A stretch of DNA of 39,849 nucleotides from a virus: the IMG/VR virus record IMGVR_UViG_3300045988_160528; one strand, 5' to 3'. The position numbers were made by a program, and so were the translations under genes. Position 1 is the first letter of the stretch, and each line of letters opens with the position of its first letter. The notes below the pieces were generated by a model that was given only the letters and a program-made list of their open reading frames with translations, had not been told where the DNA came from and did no database searches. Below, piece by piece: positions 16,121 through 27,200 of this stretch.

Positions 16121-17140
16121 ATGTTTACTTTTAATCTTCAGAGATTCGCAGTTCTTACACCTACTGTAGGTACATACGGCGTATCAAACCTTAACGGCAC
16201 AACAAACTCTACTACCGGCAACAATCTGTCTGCCGAAATGAAAACCTTTTACAACACTGCTCTGCTCGAAAATGCAAGGGCAAAGTATGCGTTTAACCAG
16301 TTCGGAAAGAAGCAGACACTTAAGCCCGGAAGCGGAAAAACCGTTGAGTGGCGCAGGATGAAAACCTTTGCGGCTGCAACCACTCCTCTTGTAGAGGGTC
16401 TTATCCCCGACGGCAACAAGCTTGATGTATCCACCATCACCGCAACCGTTCAGCAGTACGGAGACTACACTCCCCTCACCGACGTTGTAATGTGGGCTGC
16501 GGTTGACCCTCTGCTTTCAGAGACTGTCAACGAGCACGGTGATCAGGCTGCACGTACACTCGACATTCTCACTCGTAACGTGCTGCTTACCAACACAAAC
16601 GTGTACCGCGTCGGCGGTGCCGCGAATAACAACGCGCTTACGGTTGCAAACGGTAAAATTACCGCGACTGATGTTGCAAGAGCCGCAACAATTCTCAAGC
16701 AGCAGAACACTCCCACCATAAACGGTGACTTTATTGCTATAATCCATCCTTCCGTTGCTTACGACCTGAGACAGGACAGCGGATGGGTAGAGGCACAGAA
16801 ATACGCTAACCCCGAAAAGATATACAACGGCGAAATAGGCAAGCTGCACGGAGTGCGCTTTATCGAGACCACGGAGGCAAAGATCGAAAAGAACTCTGCC
16901 ACCGCTCCTATTTCCGTGTATCATTCGTTCTTCTTCGGCAAGGACGCTTTCGGCATCGTAGAGCCTACCGGAATGACCATGAAGACCATTATAAAGTCTG
17001 CCGAGGAAATCGGCGGTCCTCTTGAGCAGTTCGGCACCTCCGGCTGGAAAGCCATGCATGTGGCAAAGGTTCTTTATCCCGAGAGACTTCTTGACGTTAT
17101 CTCTGCTTCTACGTTCTCGGCAACGGACAACGAAAACTGA
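16121..17140 (+). CDS. Major capsid protein.
   Basis: A 339-aa protein after the scaffold gene. Its N-terminus is MFTFNLQRFAVL, which looks like a Prp cleavage motif. Confidence 0.7.
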   Translation: MFTFNLQRFAVLTPTVGTYGVSNLNGTTNSTTGNNLSAEMKTFYNTALLENARAKYAFNQFGKKQTLKPGSGKTVEWRRMKTFAAATTPLVEGLIPDGNKLDVSTITATVQQYGDYTPLTDVVMWAAVDPLLSETVNEHGDQAARTLDILTRNVLLTNTNVYRVGGAANNNALTVANGKITATDVARAATILKQQNTPTINGDFIAIIHPSVAYDLRQDSGWVEAQKYANPEKIYNGEIGKLHGVRFIETTEAKIEKNSATAPISVYHSFFFGKDAFGIVEPTGMTMKTIIKSAEEIGGPLEQFGTSGWKAMHVAKVLYPERLLDVISASTFSATDNEN

Positions 17141-17153
17141 AAGAGGTTTTAAC

Positions 17154-17381
17154 ATGGCAGAAAAAAGAGTAAGAATCAAGCTGCCCTATGTTCCGGGCGT
17201 GCTTGAAGACGACAAATTTGTCGGAGACAACGGCAAAACATATCTCATCAAGAGAGGCGAGTTTGTTGAAGTGCCTGAATCTGTAGTGGAAATACTTAAC
17301 GGTGCCGAAAGATTTGATCTTGAAGGTGCCGAAACAAGCCGCAAACTGCAGGAAACAGCCAAAACAAAGGCGCTTAATTAA
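17154..17381 (+). CDS. Small head-associated hypothetical protein (75 aa).
   Basis: RBS GAAAGAGG precedes the ATG at 17154. A strong terminator follows. Confidence 0.5.
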   Translation: MAEKRVRIKLPYVPGVLEDDKFVGDNGKTYLIKRGEFVEVPESVVEILNGAERFDLEGAETSRKLQETAKTKALN

Positions 17382-17384
17382 CAG

Positions 17385-17417
17385 AAAACGGGGGTATCAC
17401 TTACCCCCGTTTTTTTC
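17385..17417 (+). terminator. Intrinsic terminator, first copy of a duplicated cassette.
   Basis: A 9-bp stem acgggggta/tacccccgt with loop tcact, followed by TTTTTTT. Confidence 0.8.
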
Positions 17418-17443
17418 TTATACTTTTGTCATGGAGGTGCGAT

Positions 17444-17803
17444 ATGAAAATCAATGATGTTATTGCTCAGACAAGAGCGCTTACCCGCGGTAAGTATGAC
17501 GACGCGCAGCTCATAAAATGGCTGAGCCGTCTTGACGCGAAAATACACAACGAAATTATCACTCAATACGTTGATTGGGACGGTAAGAAATTTACGCCGT
17601 ATACAGACGGCGAACAGGAGCTTATCATACCGTACGTTTACGGCGAAGTATACGACTATTATCTGAAAGCAAAGATATGCGAAAGCAACGGAGAAAGCAA
17701 CGGCTACAATGCAGCCGTACAGAATTTCTCGTCTGCCTATGAGGATTTTGCAAACTGGTGCAGGCGGACGCACGTGCACGGAAAGTCTTACATAAGATTT
17801 TGA
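17444..17803 (+). CDS. Hypothetical virion protein, possibly a head-tail adaptor or tail tubular A analog.
   Basis: GGAGG is 6 nt before the ATG at 17444. The assignment rests on position in the structural module. Confidence 0.5.
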   Translation: MKINDVIAQTRALTRGKYDDAQLIKWLSRLDAKIHNEIITQYVDWDGKKFTPYTDGEQELIIPYVYGEVYDYYLKAKICESNGESNGYNAAVQNFSSAYEDFANWCRRTHVHGKSYIRF

Positions 17804-17811
17804 GGTAAGCA

Positions 17812-20034
17812 ATGGAAACAAGAGAAATTCAAACGCCGGAAACCTATTACACGGATACCTTCGGCGGATACAATGCAAATGTGCGCATAAGCGAAAGCGA
17901 ATTTCACGATATGCGCAACATGACATCCAAATATTACCCTCTTTTGGCTGTGCGTGACGGCAGAGGTACAACCGGAATTACAGGTGTGTACGATTTTGTG
18001 CCGTGCGACACATCCGGCACGAGAGAGGGTCTGAAGCAGGGTACTGTTGCCGCCGTGACAAAAGACGGCACCGAAACATATGTCAGCTTTCTCAACAGAG
18101 ACGGAACGGATGCAAAAGCGGCGCGGAAAATAGGCGGAGATGCGGCGGAAACGCGGCTTGTAGCTCAGGCGGGGTATGTGTATGCCTTCCCGCAGGCAGT
18201 GCGCATAGGGGCTATCAAAACAGAATTTACGAAGCTTTCAAATACGACAAAGGTATACAGGAACACCGAGGTTTCGGATGTCGACCAATTGGGCAGATAC
18301 ATTACCTTTAGGATGGCGCCGTGCGACGAGAAGGGGCGGCTTGACGACTCTCCGCTGTCGAGTAAAACGGCAAACAAAAAGTATACCGGAGGCTCCGGAG
18401 AAACCTACGGTCGCGGAACGAACGAAATGGTGATAATCACCAGCAATCCTCCCGGGGGATATAACGAACACGGCATCAACGTATATGTTGACAGCTCCGG
18501 CATCGTGACCAAGGTTGTAAGCTACACGGCAGAGCCCTCCGTAACCGTGCCGTCAGGCGGGTTTGTGCTGACAGGTCACGGCACTGCCGCCGACTGGCTT
18601 GCGGCATATGCGGTCAAGGGACGGTACATTACAATCACCGGGTATGTGGTTAAAGCATATGAAAGCGCCGCAGCTGCAGCGGTAGTGACCGAAAAGCCCG
18701 ACAATCCCGCAAACGGCATGAGATGGCGGGACAGCGTCACGGGAAAGCTGTATGCATACTCGTCCGCCCTAAATGAATGGGTAGCGCAGACGCAGAACTA
18801 CATTATGCTTTCTTTTGCAAGCTCGGACTCGCGCGACAACGCCGGAGAGTATGCATACATAGGAGAACGGAACGGAGAGAGGCAGAAGAATCTGCAGGAC
18901 GTTTACGAGGTTGCTCCCTTTGACGGATTTTCCGAGGGTGACTGCATCAACCTTGACGGCATCGACAACGAGTGCGACGGCTCTTATATCATCAGCTCGA
19001 TATCGGAAAGAGGGCTGATACTCAACGGATTTTTGAACAAGGTGATAACAAAAACCGTCGCCGGCGATGCTGTCGTTGAGATATCGCGCAAAGTGCCGAC
19101 CATGGATTTTGTTGTGGAATGCAACAATCGCCTGTGGGGGTGCTATTACGGACACAAGGACGGAAAGACGTCGGAGGGCGTTATAAACGAAATATACTGC
19201 TCTGCCCTTGGGGATGCGAAAAACTGGTACAAGTACGAAGGCACCGCAATGGATTCATGGACTGCTTCAGTCGGTTCGGACGGAGCATGGACCGGAGCGG
19301 CGGTTTACGGCGGATATCCGATTTTCTTCAAGGAAAACGCTATTGTGAGAGTATACGGAACCTCCCCTTCGTCTTTTCAGCTTGTTACATACAATTACAG
19401 AGGCATAAAGCCCGGCGGAGACAAGTCGGTCGCGGTGGTCGACGAGGTGCTTTACTACCATTCTTACGACGGTTTTATGGCATATTCGGGCGGAGTTCCG
19501 GTCAAGGTTGATGCCGCTCTCGGAAACGATGTATACGACGATGCTGTAGGCGGGGCATACATGGGCAAATACTACGTCAGCGCACGGCGAGGCACCGAAT
19601 ATCTGCTTTTGGTCTATGACACTCAGATTAAGCTGTGGCACATCGAAGACAACACAAATGCTCTGAAAATGATGCGCTGCGCAGAGGATTTTTATATTCT
19701 CGGCTCCGACGGCAAGATTTTCACCGTAAGCGGAGGCGAGAGCGGCATCAAATGGTATGCTGAGACAGGCAGCCTCGGATACGGAGATATTTACTACAAG
19801 AGGGTAAACAAAATAAAGATCAAGCTGAAGCTTCCGCGCGGCAGCGTAATGTCAGCATTTGTTTCATACGACGACGGCGAATGGGAAAGCTGCGGCGCAT
19901 ATACCGGCAGCGACGACATGCCAATCGATATTTTCTTCATTCCTCAGCGCTGCGACCGATACAGGCTGCGCTTTGAGGGTATCGGAGACTGCAAGATAAT
20001 ATCTGTTTACAGAGAAACGGAGTATGCGGGATGA
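17812..20034 (+). CDS. Large virion protein (740 aa), tail or tail-tubular-B-like by position.
   Basis: RBS GAGGTAAG. The assignment rests only on size and gene order relative to the capsid genes. Confidence 0.55.
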   Translation: METREIQTPETYYTDTFGGYNANVRISESEFHDMRNMTSKYYPLLAVRDGRGTTGITGVYDFVPCDTSGTREGLKQGTVAAVTKDGTETYVSFLNRDGTDAKAARKIGGDAAETRLVAQAGYVYAFPQAVRIGAIKTEFTKLSNTTKVYRNTEVSDVDQLGRYITFRMAPCDEKGRLDDSPLSSKTANKKYTGGSGETYGRGTNEMVIITSNPPGGYNEHGINVYVDSSGIVTKVVSYTAEPSVTVPSGGFVLTGHGTAADWLAAYAVKGRYITITGYVVKAYESAAAAAVVTEKPDNPANGMRWRDSVTGKLYAYSSALNEWVAQTQNYIMLSFASSDSRDNAGEYAYIGERNGERQKNLQDVYEVAPFDGFSEGDCINLDGIDNECDGSYIISSISERGLILNGFLNKVITKTVAGDAVVEISRKVPTMDFVVECNNRLWGCYYGHKDGKTSEGVINEIYCSALGDAKNWYKYEGTAMDSWTASVGSDGAWTGAAVYGGYPIFFKENAIVRVYGTSPSSFQLVTYNYRGIKPGGDKSVAVVDEVLYYHSYDGFMAYSGGVPVKVDAALGNDVYDDAVGGAYMGKYYVSARRGTEYLLLVYDTQIKLWHIEDNTNALKMMRCAEDFYILGSDGKIFTVSGGESGIKWYAETGSLGYGDIYYKRVNKIKIKLKLPRGSVMSAFVSYDDGEWESCGAYTGSDDMPIDIFFIPQRCDRYRLRFEGIGDCKIISVYRETEYAG

Positions 20035-20127
20035 TTATTATAGAACCGCCCAAAGGAGCAAGCATCGAAGAGCTATATGAGTGGGCAAAGCATTTATGCG
20101 AAATTCTGAATATGGAGGATAAAAACA

Positions 20128-21210
20128 ATGGCAACGAAAATAGTGAGCGGCGGGGGTAACATTAAGGTTACGGCTTACAATCCGGATGAGCGCAGAAGCA
20201 AATATGCGCTTGAAAGCGACAGGGCACTTGAAGACCTTGCAAGGCGCCGAGCCGCGCTGCAGAGCGACAGAACATATGCCGCGCAGTATGCCAAAGCCAT
20301 AAACGATTATGTTAACCGCGGAAAGTTTACATACGACTTCAACGCCGACCCGGTGTATAACCAGTACAAGGACAGCTACACAAGGCAGGGTAGGCTTGCC
20401 ATGAAGGACACAATGGGACAGGCTGCGGCGCTTACGGGCGGATACGGCAACAGTTATGCTCAGACTGCGGGACAGCAGGTATACAACAACTATATGCAAA
20501 AGCTCAATGATGTTGTGCCTCAGCTTAGCGAGAGCGCGTATTCGAGATATGTGCAGGAGGGACAGGATATGCTGAACAAGGCAAATGCCCTCGGCGATGC
20601 GGATCAGACAGAATATGCCCGTCTTCTTCAGGATTACACTATAGCCGCGGACGAATATAAGAGTGCGTCCGAACTGGAGCGCAGCTATGCCGCCGATGCC
20701 CTTGCAAGAGAACAGCTTGCATATCAGAAGGAACGCGACAAGGTATCCGACAGCCAGTGGGAAAGACAGTTTGAGCTGTCGCGGCAGAACAGGAATACTG
20801 CGGACACAGAGGAAGTCGACTCTATACTGTACAACTACAAGTACAAAGACGAAGACGGAAAAACTTACTTTACCAACCCCGGCGGCAAAGAAGAGGCTAT
20901 CGAAACAGGCGTTAATCCTTATACAAGGTCTAAAAACCCTGATATTAAGCACGGCACCTTCAGCAACGGCTATCAGCCTGACAACGTGGGCGGTAAGAAG
21001 CTGACGCAGTCCGGCTACACAGACAATGTAAACGGACGTACGCAGAATGTATGGTTCGACTCGGACGGTCTGGGCTGGATATGGGACGGCACAAAGAACG
21101 CATATCAGGCGTACTACGTTAACGGCAAGCGTTTTACCCGAAAAACACTTGATGACAAAAACACGCAGGGCAACACGCACGGAAGAATCAAGGAAGACAG
21201 ATACAAGTAA
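20128..21210 (+). CDS. Virion protein (360 aa), internal/ejection-protein-like by position.
   Basis: RBS GGAGGATAAAAACA-ATG. It is rich in Q, N, Y and G. Confidence 0.5.
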   Translation: MATKIVSGGGNIKVTAYNPDERRSKYALESDRALEDLARRRAALQSDRTYAAQYAKAINDYVNRGKFTYDFNADPVYNQYKDSYTRQGRLAMKDTMGQAAALTGGYGNSYAQTAGQQVYNNYMQKLNDVVPQLSESAYSRYVQEGQDMLNKANALGDADQTEYARLLQDYTIAADEYKSASELERSYAADALAREQLAYQKERDKVSDSQWERQFELSRQNRNTADTEEVDSILYNYKYKDEDGKTYFTNPGGKEEAIETGVNPYTRSKNPDIKHGTFSNGYQPDNVGGKKLTQSGYTDNVNGRTQNVWFDSDGLGWIWDGTKNAYQAYYVNGKRFTRKTLDDKNTQGNTHGRIKEDRYK

Positions 21211-21225
21211 TCTACGGAGGCTGAC

Positions 21226-24200
21226 ATGGCATTTGAAGCAACAAAGAATTTCAAAAAGAAATCCGCAGGCGGAAGATTTGAGGCTACAAGCAATTTCGGT
21301 GTGGACGATACTGTAATATCATCAAGGGTTAACGCAATTTCCAAGGATATAGAATCGCTTTACAATGACTATTACAAGGATTACACCGAGCGCAGCAAGT
21401 ATGTTTTGGGAGTTGACAGCAAATATGAAAATATGCAGGCTCCCGGACTCAAGGTATCCATGCAGAGCTACAAAGACCGTGCAAAAAAGATAAAGCAGAG
21501 CATTGAGGACAACAAGGCTTTTCTGACTCCGGAGGGTTATCTTGCCGCTCTGCAGAATGTCAACTCGATTATTGATACCGACACGACCGAGGACGACAAG
21601 ACTTTCAGCGATTATTTCAACAGTTCGGCAGCCGCCGGCGGACGGGATAAATTCAACAAAATCGTCGAGGAAAGAGCAGCGGCACAGAGTGCGCTTAAAA
21701 AAGCGGGACTTAACGAAAACAGCAAATACAGAGATATCGAAGCCGCTCTTTCCGACAGAACGATCGATGCGGGAGCAGCCCCCGATGAAATGGGACAGGG
21801 GCGCAGATATCAGGGGAGAAAGCTGACATCTGAAGATAAAGACTATCTTTCTTCACTGCTGCTGACGGAAGACAAAGTGTCTACCATGACAGACGATGAA
21901 ATACTCAGAAAAATCAAAGATAAAGGCAATCCGTCATACAAACAGAAAATCGCTTTGGGAGAGATCGACAGACTCACAAAGAGGAATGAGGAGTTAATCA
22001 AACTCGCCGAAGCCGATGGGAATGTGTCTTCATTCAATCCTTACGGAGATTACGCGGAAGAATACGCAAATAACCAGCAGCGTATGGAAAAGCTGCGTAA
22101 TATGATAGACAATGATTATGCCGGACGCGATGTAGCGTATTACTACACAGACGACAACGGCAACTCCGGCGCCATGTCATGGGAAAATCTGTACTATGAG
22201 CGCAAGGTCGGCAACGCATACAAAGCGGCGACTGATAAGGGATACGGAGGATACAACAGTGCAGCCGCAGCAGCATACGATGAAATCAATTTTATTGAAA
22301 AAGTCACGGATGCAATGCAGTGGCTTTCGGAAAACAGCACTGTAAGTGCCGAAAAGAAAAAGCCGTACCTTGATATTGTCAAAGAATATGACGAAAAGTA
22401 CGGAACAAACTATGCCAAAGAAGACGGAATATACAGCATTGAAACCAAGAACCGGATAAACAGTGAAATTAAGAACAGCGATGCGTTGAACAAGCTGAAA
22501 GAAAATTTTAAAAGCGAGTCCGGGGCGACTTATGACGCTGTTAAAGACTACGCAAAGCTGCAGCGGGACAAGGAAAGAGCGGCAAAAGTTCAGGAAACAG
22601 TTCAGACGGCAGTTGAGGGAGTGAACAGCGTTCCCGTTGTCGGTAAGGCTCTCGGCGGAATTGCTTCGGCTATTTCAGCCGTGCCGTTCGCTCTTGTCTC
22701 CGGCACCGATTATATTTTCAACCTTATGGATTCTATAGGGCACAGCGACTACAACAGCGATAGTTTTCGCCCGATTAACACCTATGATGATTATGCCACA
22801 AACATATCCGGCGAAATCATCGGAGCCCAGACGGAAATATACGACAAAGCAATGCAGGAAGCAGGTGTTTCCGAAAGGGCAAGAAAATTCTGGACAAGCA
22901 CATACAGCGGGGTTTCATCCGGAATCAACTCGCTGGCTACCGTTGTAGGATCGTGCTATGCATTCGGTCCCGCGGCAGGTCAGGTTGTCGCAAGCGTTAT
23001 TCTCTCCGGGCAGGCTGCTTCAAGCGGTCTGCAGGAGGCTGTTCAAAACGGTTCGACTACGAACGAGGCGCTGGCATACGGTTTTGCCTCCGGTGTTGCC
23101 GAATATCTCGGCGAGAAAATATCAATAGGTTCGCTCGTTGACAAATTTCTCGAAAGCAGCTTTGACGTTACAAGCTTCAAGTCGTTCATGAAGTCTTTTG
23201 TAAAAGATAAAAATCTGCTGAAAATGCTGGGACAGGGCGCGGTTGAGGGCAGCGAAGAAGTAGTTACCGAAATCATGAACCGCTTCTCTGATGCTGTCAT
23301 AAATCAAGATCACTCAAAGTTCTCGAACGCAATACTCACCTATGAGGCGGAAGGACTCAGCAGAGAGGAAGCCAAAAAGAAAGCTTTTCTTGATGTGCTC
23401 GCTTCTGCCGCAGAGCAGGCTTGGGGTGGCTTTGTGGGCGGTATTATGGGCGGTACTGCTGCTGTTATCGGAGGGGGAGTCTCCGCAGCCCGCAACAGTG
23501 TTGCAGACATAAAAAATCAGACCGATATCGGAAAGTCCATTGCGGGAACGGATGCGGGGAAAAATGTGCTTGAAATCGCTGAAAAGCGAGGTTTTGACAT
23601 ATCCAAAGCCTCAGAGGAAGTGCCCGAAGGCCGCGGCGTAGGAAAGCTTGTTTCCAAGGTCAGAAACGCGGTTCGGAACAGAAACATGGGCAAGCTTGCA
23701 CAGAATGTTGTCGAAGCCGAGCTGAAAGCGGCAAAGGAAACGGCAATGCCTATTGTGAACAACAATGAAAGCCTTGCGGAGATGGTTGCCGAAATCGCAA
23801 CCGGCACCGCCGATGTCAGCGCCATTTCCGCTCTTTCCGCAAACGGCGTTCTTACAGAGGAAAACGTCGAAAAAGTTTTTGAGGCTCTTGAAGCCGTACA
23901 GAAGCGCACAGAGACTTCCGAGGTGCGCAATATGATCAATGATATTGTCGAAACCAAGGAGTCATCCGAAGGAAAAGCCTACAACGCAAGCAGCATATAC
24001 GGCATTAAGCGAGAGGGCGGCAAAACAAAGTACATACTTGAAGACGGCACAGAGGTTGACAGCGGCGAATTCGGTCTTACATCAAAGGACAAAACGCTGT
24101 TTGTCAATGCCGTAAAGGGTATGACCGACGCAGAAGCAAACGAGATGATAAGCGCATACCGCAAGTATGCAAACGGCACTGACAAGGGAGTGTTCGCTAC

Positions 24201-27200
24201 AACGTGGGGACTGTATCGCTCTCTCGGCGAGACCGGAGCGGCAAAGAACGGCGAACGTGTAGCAGGGTATAAGAGCAGAATATATTTCACGCAGAATGCC
24301 GAAGTCAACAACGTTCTTGTGACCTCCGCTATCGAGCAGGGAGTAAAAGCGAGAGCACAAAGCGAAATGAAAAGAAACATCAAGGCGAGAGCCGAGCGAG
24401 TTATTCAGGAAAGAGGACGCGCAAAGGGCGAGGTGCGAGGAGAAGAACATCTCGGCAAAAACAAAAGCGGAGCGAAAAATGTTGCACGCACTCTGGCAAA
24501 GCTCGGATATGACGTTGAATTTCTTTCGGAGGACGCAAAACTGCACGGAAAGCGCATTGGGGATACATTGATAAACGGTGCGTATGATGAGAAGACCAAC
24601 ACAATATATCTGCGAGCTGATGCAACATACAACGCAACCGATGTGCGCGGAATTCTCGGTCACACACTCGCGCATGAGGTCACGCACTCCATAAAGGTGT
24701 GGAGCGAAGCCGATTACAACGTACTGACAGACTACATCCGCGATGCTTTGGATGCTGATTTTGACGCGCTTGTTAAGGAAAAAATGGACAAGCTCGGCAT
24801 GAGTTATGCCATGGCATCCGATGAGGTCATTGCGGACGGATGCGAAATGCTGCTGCGCGACAGCAAGGCGCTTGAAAAGCTTGCTATGGAAAACGCAAAT
24901 CTGTTTGTAAAGGTAGTCACGAAGGTACGGGAATTTATCGCAAATCTTCGTAAGGCGCAGACGGATATGTACGACGGCAACGAGGAGCTGCACGATGCAG
25001 CGCTGAAGCTCAGAGAAGCGCTCAAGAGCCTTGAGGAGGTACAGGAGGTATTCGACAACGCTCTTGAGAATTCCATACGGAACATGAGAAACGCTCTCGC
25101 CGAGGCGGAGAACGCGAAGACGAGAGAAAATCTTGATGTCCTCGAAAAGCAGGCGGAGAAAGAGGGGCTGCAGCTGTCGGAGGAAACAGACGACAAATAT
25201 GATTTTACAAAATCATTTGCCGAACAGGTTGAGGATTTTAAAAACGGTAAGTTTCCTCAATATGATACCCTCCTTGTAGGTGGAACGCCGCAAAAGTGGC
25301 AGTCTGTAGGTTTTAATGCATTGCCTGTTACTTTAAATCAAACTCATGTGGATTATGCTCTTAACGGCACAAAGAACTTTAACCACACTATAGGCGAAGC
25401 GTTGCTGAAAAACCTGCCGGAAGCTATAAAAGACCCTATAGCAATTATTCAGTCTCAGTCGAAGGGGCATTCTGACCGTGCAATGGTGATTTTCGATTTC
25501 AAGCACAACGGCAGCCAAGTAATCAGCGCGATAGAGATAGACGGTACCGGACGTACTAACAATATCGTAATTGACAGTAACGCCATGACTACTATCTTTG
25601 CAAAAAAGAACAGCCTCTCACAATTAAAAAGCGCCATTGAACATACAAACAAAGGCGCAGTGGAATTGTTCTATTGGGATAAAAACAGAGCCGTGACGTT
25701 ACTACAGAGGGCTGGGCTCCAATTGCCCAGTGCCCTGCCTCACGACGGCTCTGTTAATAGTATACGCGATTCAAAGTCAAATGTCAAGACAAAATTTGAA
25801 AATGTAACCGAAACGCAGCAATTTAAGCGCTGGTTCGGAGATTGGCAAAAACATCCGAGCAAAATAAACCCGATATTCTTAGACGCTGACGGCAAACCGA
25901 AGGTGTTTTATCACGGCGCAAAAAAGAACGGCGGATTTACAGTTTTCAGAAATTGGCAGTATTTCACCGACAAGAAATCTTATGCCGAGCGATATGCCGA
26001 GCGAGGCAACAGCAAAGCACTTTACGCTGTGTATCTTACCGCTGACAAAGTTTTTGATACAAGGGATGCGCAGGCGCGTGACATCTATAACAGCATTCGC
26101 AGCGAATACGGGCTGAGTGAACTCCAGGATACAGGGCTTCCCGACTGGACTGACGGATACGACATAAGTGAATATCTTGATGAACATCCGGAGCTCGGTT
26201 ATGATGCCATCATACTTGACGAAGGCGGCGATCTCGTAGACGGAAAACCTGTCAGCCGCGGACTGAGCATAGTCGTTAAGGACTCATCACAGATTAAATC
26301 CGCAACTGACAACATCGGGACGTTTGACAAGGGGAATAAGGATATCCGTTATTCGGAGGAAACCTCCGAACAGCGCGAAAACGCTCTTACGTCATTCACC
26401 GACGATGATGTTAAAAAATATGTGAACAAGGCTGTCAGAAGATTTCATACCACATACTCGCTGAAAAAGGCTGCATATCTGACAACGACCGGGTCAATGC
26501 TTGATTTCAGCGACGGTCAAGGTTACAGAGTACAGGATCACAGAGAGATTTCAGATATTCTTGATTTGCCTGATGATGCGGGATATTCCGACGGCATGAT
26601 TTATTTCATGAACATGGGTAACATCCGTCTGCAAACTTACGGCATTGATATAGCCGCTATGCCTAATGCAAAGCAGGTCTCTATGCTGAGAAGCATTATT
26701 CCGTCTATAATGCGTGAAAACGACGGATTCTATCTTGATGTTTCTGACAGCAGAGGCAACAATGTTTTCAGCAGAGAGTACGGAGAGGGCACTTCTACGT
26801 CAAAAATTATTTCTGATATACAGAATTATTTCAAAGACGGCACCATTCCGAAAGAACAGTCTGATTTGAGGGAATTTATGTTCTCTGAGGAGACCTCCGA
26901 AGAATTTGCCGAAAATGAAAAGTCTGCAATTGAAAAAGCCCTTGCAAACATGTCTGTGAAGGATTATAATAGACGCGGATGGTTAAGGACGCTTCTTACA
27001 AGAGAAGATGCGTCAAAGCTTTACTCTGCCGTCGCAGAGCTTTTCGCAAACAAAAAGCGCAAGGAATTCCGACTCAAGGACGGCAGCTATGCTGTTGAGG
27101 TCAACAACAAGATAATATTCGTTTCAGGCACATTTGAAAATCCGAGGTATGAATCGGTGTTGGTTTTCAACACAGACAATGCAACGGATATGGAGGCACT

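Noticed and set aside
20030-20158. 42-codon ORF between the 740-aa and 360-aa genes
   Set aside because: It is short, has a weak RBS, and overlaps the next gene's start. Coding status cannot be supported from sequence alone.
20038-21180. Minus-strand 380-aa ORF
   Set aside because: It is antisense to the 360-aa virion gene, gives a Cys/Val-rich nonsense-like translation, and would have to be transcribed against the whole late operon.
23517-25196. Several minus-strand ORFs inside the giant gene (for example 24082-24993 and 24804-25196)
   Set aside because: They are antisense to a continuous, motif-bearing 10-kb ORF and have a low-complexity composition.
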